NCBI GenBank assembly: GCA_965603825.1
Contig: CBFDEM010000053.1
Location: 1,178,001-1,242,000, forward strand
DNA: 64,000 bases
Direction: 5' to 3'
Source: Blepharisma stoltei ATCC 30299
Lineage: Eukaryota > Protista > Ciliophora
Shown in pieces: positions 57,680-64,000 of this stretch. The notes under the pieces were generated by a model, which was not told the DNA's origin, ran no database searches, and saw only the letters and a program-made list of their open reading frames with translations. Numbering within the stretch: position 1 is the first letter of the stretch; each line of letters opens with the position of its first letter. A program made the position numbers and the translations under genes.

Positions 57680-59350
57680 CTACAAGCTATAAGTTTTCGT
57701 ATTTGGTAAAGTCAACTCAATATTTTCATGACTTACGTTGTTTTGATTCTTATTAAAAAAAGTTCTTTTCCTAATAGCTAAGCGTTGCAATGAAAGTCTT
57801 CTATGAGGGCTCCCATCAAAAGCGAAATCACTTTCTGTATTCACTTCTGTATACTCTTCAGAAAAGCCTGAATAATTCTTACACATCATAATTTCTCTAA
57901 GCTTTTCATAATCCATCCCATCCTCTCCCCTTAATTTGAATTCTTCAATAATTTCATTAATTTCTTCATTGGAAGTAAAACATCCAGCTTTTTCTAGTGT
58001 AAATTTCAAGTCCTCAACTTTTATTTTTCCATTACCAGTCTATATATAGTTTACAATATCAAAATGCTTAAAAATACTTCATACGCATTCGTCATCGATC
58101 AGCTGCTTCCTATCAACAGCTGCAATTAAAAATTGTGTATAGTTTAATCTGCCATTTCCTAAGTAATCAATTTTTTCTATCAAATTCGAAATTTCGTCGC
58201 TCAAGATTTTATAGCCACATCTTCTCATAGCGTTAGCAATATCTTGAGCTGTTACAAATCCTACTTTGTTTACATCAATATCTTGAAAAGCCAATTTTAA
58301 ATTCTCCGTATTTTCTTGTGAAATATTTCTAACAAAAATTGTCATTAATTCTTGCCATAGCTTACTTGGCGCTTTAAACCTTTTTATTGATTTAAATATG
58401 TCTTGACTAATCAAAATCCCAGAGGGCTGATTTTTTATTTTAAATCATGGATGGCTCAAAGCTGCTTTGATAGAAATTCTTTTCTTTGGATCAACTGTAA
58501 GCATTCTCCTAATTAAATGTTTGGCTTCAGGTGAGATTGTTTTCCATTTTATGTCAGAGAAGCTGTAAATTCCTCTATTAATTCTTTCATGTAATTCCGA
58601 TATATTTGCAGATTTAAATGGCTGCTTGCCTGATAATAAAAAATATAATATTACGCCTAGCGACCAAACATCGCATTCATCACCATAAATTCCTTTGAAT
58701 ATATCTGGGGCTTGATAATAAGGAGTTCCTACAAGTGAATACATCAAATCTTCTCCATACTTGATAGACATCCCAAAATCGATCAGCCTGAGCTCTGCAT
58801 GCTCATCATGACTCTCTAATAAAAAATTTTCAGGTTTTAAATCTCTATGACATATATGCAAACTATGCAGATGGTTAACTGCGGCCAGCATTTTATGCAT
58901 GATTTTTGCTATTTCCTCTTCACTTAAAGACCCTTTAGCCAGTAGGAACTCTAGGATATCCCCGCCTGTGCACATTTCCATGACCAAGTGAATATATTTA
59001 GTATCTTCATAGGCTTCATATAGTTTAATTATATTAGGGTGGTCAACAAGCATCAGGATTTCAATTTCATTCCTTAAGCAAGAGATAAGTCTTACTACTC
59101 TGCCTTTACAAATTGATTTTATGGCGAAGATTTTTTCACATTCTTGACTTCCGTTATGAATTTTTAAACGAGCTTCTCTAACTGTACCGAATTGACCATA
59201 CCCGACAACTTTAATAAACTCGTATTTATCTCTAATATCTAAATAGCTGTTACTTTCTGTGCGAGCACTTTTTGATAGACTAGAGCTGGCTATTATCCCA
59301 GCATTCATTGGAGCTCTCATGTTGTGTTCTTTTCGAAAACATATACCCAT
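57680..59350 (-). CDS. Calcium-dependent protein kinase with MGxC acylation signal (551 aa, 1 intron)
   Basis: HRDLKPEN, DFG, SHP-TGA(W) at 58445, TGA at 58079, EF-hands. The third EF loop DITGNGKIKVEDL is formed after intron removal. Confidence 0.9.
58040..58054 (-). other. 15-nt spliceosomal intron
   Basis: GTAAACTATATATAG on the minus strand; contains an in-frame TAG and splits an EF-hand loop. Confidence 0.9.
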
Positions 59351-60541
59351 TAAGGGTTATATATTAAAATATAAATTAATATAAATTTCATTGAAACAAT
59401 AAATTTTATTGAGATTACGGATGGGAATAATTTTGAAGATGCTCAAGCTTTGGAAAGGTCAGTGTGCTTATTCCGCTTGGAAAAGCTTGAATTTTTGAAT
59501 TAAGCTTTAATGATTTCATATGATCAAATTAAAGACATTTTTTTTTAAAGATAATACAATAGGATCAGATAAAAGCCAAAAGAGTATGTTTATAGATTTT
59601 GGAAAAGAGAGTGAAATTTTATTCCAAAAAGATATCTTTAAATATCAGACTTTGGATTTTTTTAGACATTGCTATAGACACAATTGCTCAGAATTAATAA
59701 ATTAAAAAAATCCATATTCAGTTAGCTGCTAGATTGCTATACAGCAAATGCTTACTTATAATGCATAAAGATTATAAGCAGGCGAGATCAATAACAATTT
59801 TTGCTTAATTATTCAGGTGCCTTATTAGACTATTTTAGCAAATAGATGGGATTCTGATTCTTAATTGTCCTAAAAATGCATATGCATCACTTGAAATTGA
59901 TTTTCAGACTCTTGAGCTTCTTTCAAATTTTTTTTTCACTCCCTTAACTCAAAAAAAGTTGTTTTAAATAATCAAGAATTTTGAAATGAAAATCTTGGAT
60001 TTAGAAAGACTCAGATTTCGCATTTTAATGTAGAATTTGCTAAGATCTTAGCTTTTGATTAGAAAATAATTAATTAAACTTGCATAAGTTAAAATGAGGC
60101 TTAAAGTGAAAGCTATTTTAAAATATAGGTATTAGATGATTTTCTGACAGTCCCATTTTAGATTGCTAATTAATTACAAAAAATTACTAATTCTCTTGTA
60201 TATTGGCTTATAATCTCTACTTAGTTAGTTTATGAAGCAAACACATAGAATAAAAATCAATCATAATGTTTTTTTCAAAATCAATGAAATTGATTTTTAA
60301 TTAGCATAAATAAGCAGTTTCAGAGTTTTTATTTATAAATTTAATATGATATATTTATACTTAAATTTATCAGAAAGTGAGCATTTTGAATTCAAATATT
60401 AAAAATATTTCTAATATAATTAATTAAATTTAAAATTTTTTAGATAATGCTGTAAATATGGGTAACTATTTCAAATGGAAAAATACTTTACTATATACAA
60501 TTTTTTAATTATCTAAAAACTTTAATAATTATAAGTTTAAC

Positions 60542-61540
60542 TTAAATGTCTTCATATTGCTTAATAACTGGCAATTCAAATTTCTTCTCCCTTATTATTT
60601 GCTCCCTACTCTCGATTGTATTCAAAAATCTTGATATAGCTAAATATGGGAATTCTGACTCTTGTTGATGAAACTTAGATAATGCAATATAGCCTAAGCA
60701 TTTCAGAAACTCTTCATAAGTGACGCAATCTTCAAATATTTCTGGATTTATTACGCTTCTAAAAATTCTGCTTGCTTCCCAGCATGACATGATCCCCGGA
60801 ATTAGCTCTAAATCCATGCATAATCCCAAAAACTCTTTCAAGCACAAAACTTTATATATTTTTTGTGAATAAACATTGAAAATTTCTTGAAGTAGCTTTT
60901 TATGGCTTTCAAAAAGATCTTTTGCCATTGGAAATTCAAGCTGCTCATCCCATAACTCATGATTTCTATCAATATTATCTTCTCTTTGTGCTGGAAAGCA
61001 TAATTCAAGTCCTACAATTTCCAATGCTTCTGTTTCAGTGTGATCTTGATGAATAAAGTTCGAGAGCATTTTCATGACTTTTATGAATTTCCAAAAATTC
61101 AGCAACCCTCTTTGATTTACATAATGGTATACCACCTCTGCATCAGAAATGGCCAATTGAGAGCTTAATCCAATTTCATTGCAAAACAGCCTGAACTGTG
61201 TTAAATCTATATACCCACTTCTATCAAAATTAAAAACTGTTGCATACCTTGTAAACAAATTTCTCAGTTTATCTAGCTACCACTTACCATAGCATTCTTT
61301 CCCAATTTCTTTAATTAATTTTCTTGCTTTTATTGTTTCTTCAGTAAAATATGCTAAATTTGCTAAGCTTTCCTGCTCTTTTTTTGCTAATTCTTTCAAT
61401 CTTTCCTTTTCCAATGCTTCTCTATATGCAGTTTCTAAGCTTGCTAACTCTGATCTTGCTTTAATCAGTTCTTCTTTTTTGGTTTTGATATAGTCTTTTT
61501 TCTCAACGTTGGCATGCTTAGCTATTTTAGTCCATTTCAT
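60542..61540 (-). CDS. Coiled-coil plus EF-hand-like protein (327 aa, 1 intron)
   Basis: Track ORFs 61277 and 60542 are joined by a 15-nt intron, giving ECY-D-KLRNLFTRY. FDRSGYIDLTQF is EF-like. Confidence 0.75.
61273..61287 (-). other. 15-nt spliceosomal intron
   Basis: GTAAGTGGTAGCTAG on the minus strand; A at position 10, contains an in-frame TAG. Confidence 0.82.
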
Positions 61541-61563
61541 TTTAAATTTAATATTTTACCTAT

Positions 61564-63762
61564 CTACTCATTTAACTCAAAGAAATGCGTACAGCAAAAC
61601 AGGATCATTTGGATAAGCGGCTCGTTTTCCAGCATCAAAATATGTGCAGCTCTTCCTATCATGGTGTCAATTGATTTTCCTTTTATTTTGAAATTTACAT
61701 CTAATCGATATAACTTTTTGAGGGTAATTTTTGATAAAATATTGTTAGCCATTTCTATATAAAAGGCTCCTTTGCTTTGGTCATTTGCAGCCTTAGGACC
61801 CACTTCAATTCTTGCTGATTCAAATGGCGCATAAGAGTCTTGAAAAGAGCTTACCAATGCAATGTGCTTAAACCACTCTAGTCCAGGCTCAAGCGAGAGC
61901 TTATATATAAAAGAATCCCTTGGATTTTGTGCATCAGTCATTGACAGCTGCATAAGGCATTGCGATTTTCTTCATTTTTTAAGAATTCAAAGTCCAGCAT
62001 CTACGAGCTTAGAAGAGTTATACATATATCCAAGATGTGGAGAGGACAAAGTCAAGAAAAACTGCATTTTTTCAGAAATTGACTCTAGATGAGGCAAAGC
62101 TGCACGAATGATAACTCCTCCTAAAGAATGGCCTATAAAGGACACTTTATGGAGGCTTTTCCCAGGGCATCATTCTTCTATATAGCTCAGGACTTCTCGA
62201 GCTAGACGTTGTCCCATGTCAAATATGTCCCCTTCAGTTTCACCTTCGTTCATATGAGAGCACATTAATACACAGTCAGGCCTGAGCAATGCAATTTGGT
62301 TTCTTATTGTTCGGACATCAAAAGAGTTCCCTTGGAATCCATGGCATAGCACTATTAAATGCAGCCCTTTTCTTTGGATTCTTGGGTCATTCATAGGGGT
62401 TATCCAAGTAGGATCCCATGGATCTTGCATGTCAGTCTGCTCATCTTCAGTGATCTTGGTATATATATCTTGAAATACAATTGGATGCCACTCAGGTGGA
62501 GGGAAAAAATTGGTTTTCATCACAGGGATCTGCTCTAAATTCTTGTAATATGGAGTTTTTCTTAGTGTTCTTGACAAAGCTCTGTGGCTTTCTCCTATTT
62601 TTTGGTCTGTTGTTAACGCAAACTCTTCAACCTTCTTGACTTCCCTAAAAATGCTTTCTCCCCATCTATCTTTAAGTTTCTGGTTAAACTGATATTGTAG
62701 CATTGCGCATATAGGCTTTGGAGAGGCCTTTATTAGATCAATAAATTGTATACCAAGATAGTACATTTGCCCTGCGAATTCTTGGATTTCCATAAGAATT
62801 TTTTCAGCGACTGCTTCAGGATCCCGAGACTCTTCTCGTTCACTGAAAGGAAGTCTTCATAAAGAATTCATAGATGCGTTTGTACCTATAGTAGAATCCC
62901 CATCACTGTTTTCTTCCCTTTGTGATAAAGGGTTTGGGATCTTTGGGATTGAATTTTTAATTTTTGACGGGATATGAAAATTAATCCATTCTTCCATCAA
63001 TTTTCTATTTTTTTCATGAGCCATGATTAATTGATTTATGTAAATATCATGGACTTGATCAATTAATTCTGGCGTGATCTCTGTAGCGTTTTTAAACATA
63101 TACTGAGATAAAGTTTTTGGCAAATTAATTTCTACATCAGTTAAGATTTCGCCTTTTCTCTTTAGGGCTTCTTCTTCTGGACTTAACAAAGGATTTGGCC
63201 TGAATCTGAAATCAATGAGCACTACATGAAATGCTGTATTTGCAACACAGCAGTGATTTTCGTCAAACACAATAGGATAAAATGCATTAATTCCTTGCAG
63301 GGATCCAGTCACATTCAATTGAATTGTGCAAGCTGTGGTAAACTCTGGAGGGTTTCTAATGGTTGCTTTAATTTTGTCTTCATCTATTCTTCCTTCCAAG
63401 TCATAAAACATTAAATCCACTTCAAAAATCATATTAAGCTCTTGATAATCTTTGGACAGCTCAATTTCAGTTCTAAATACTCCTATATCATTAATGTCAA
63501 CTTCTTCATCACTATATTTGATCAGAAAGCAACGTGATCTGAAACTTGTGTCTTCTATCTGAGCTGGAAAAACTCTATAAAGGTCTTTCAGTACTGATGA
63601 TTCTTCATATGTATGAAAATTGTATGGAGAGGCCGGCAGCTTGTAGCCGCGAGAGATGTGATATAAACGAAAGTTTAAATAATAAAGACCTTGCTGGTAA
63701 AGATCAATGTTGCGAAAACTTTCAAGCTGGACTATGACTTCGATGATTGCTCTCAGTGACAT
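61564..63762 (-). CDS. FAM135: FAM135-family protein with DUF676 alpha/beta-hydrolase domain (732 aa)
   Basis: FRNIDLYQQGLY N-terminus, HLIVLCHGFQG, SFIGHSLGG, SPHLG, GL(TGA)ILKK(TGA)RKS, IGRAAHI. Confidence 0.88.
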
Positions 63763-64000
63763 TTATTAATAGGTTTTTTTGTATTTGAATTGAGAGAATT
63801 AAAAATTTTACGAAAACTGAATGGACGATTATAGACACTTTTATTAGTTTAATCTTTAATTAAATTTTTAAAATAGCTTTTAGAATTAAATTTAAATGCT
63901 TATTTTATATGCTGCTGTTTCACTTTAAATTTATATGAATTTAACTTAAAAATGTATATACCTAGATAAAAGAAAATTTGCAAAAAACAAAATATTCGTA

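Noticed and set aside
59400-60540. 1.1-kb AT-rich spacer containing a 61-aa ORF (59520-59705)
   Set aside because: No recognisable motif, repeat or consistent frame even with UGA=Trp; treated as intergenic.
1-64000. Telomeric repeats, tRNA genes, transposase ORFs, CRISPR arrays
   Set aside because: None recognised on either strand by eye.

Overview
AT-rich, gene-dense eukaryotic nuclear DNA, most likely the macronuclear genome of a Blepharisma-type heterotrich ciliate (inference). Two properties explain why the supplied ORF track is fragmented. (1) UGA is read as tryptophan: in-frame TGA falls on conserved Trp sites in two CDPKs (HPW), an E2, an LRR protein, FAM135 and a 2-hydroxyacid dehydrogenase, and every intact gene I traced ends in TAA or TAG. 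(2) The introns I could detect are 15-nt GTA...A(10)..TAG spliceosomal introns (six found). Re-read this way, the window holds about 29 intact genes. They include PRCP, an SPFH protein, cytosolic TrpRS, a tandem Venus-flytrap multi-TM receptor, a PB1/Ubl/U-box-like/vWA/E2 fusion, a C2H2 zinc finger, two CDPKs, PP2C, a RAP-domain protein, clathrin heavy chain, a ~4,260-aa Cys-rich surface protein, a DUF229 protein, VTI1, an LRR protein and FAM135. There are also two frame-disrupted genes and one dispersed 5S rRNA gene. Unexplained non-coding features: a perfect TA-bounded 25-bp-arm palindrome at 57356-57411, a 19/20 copy of its end motif at 21843-21862, and next to that copy a GC-rich, hairpin-forming 120-nt island that may be an unannotated ncRNA. 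All family assignments are from motif recognition; no searches were run.
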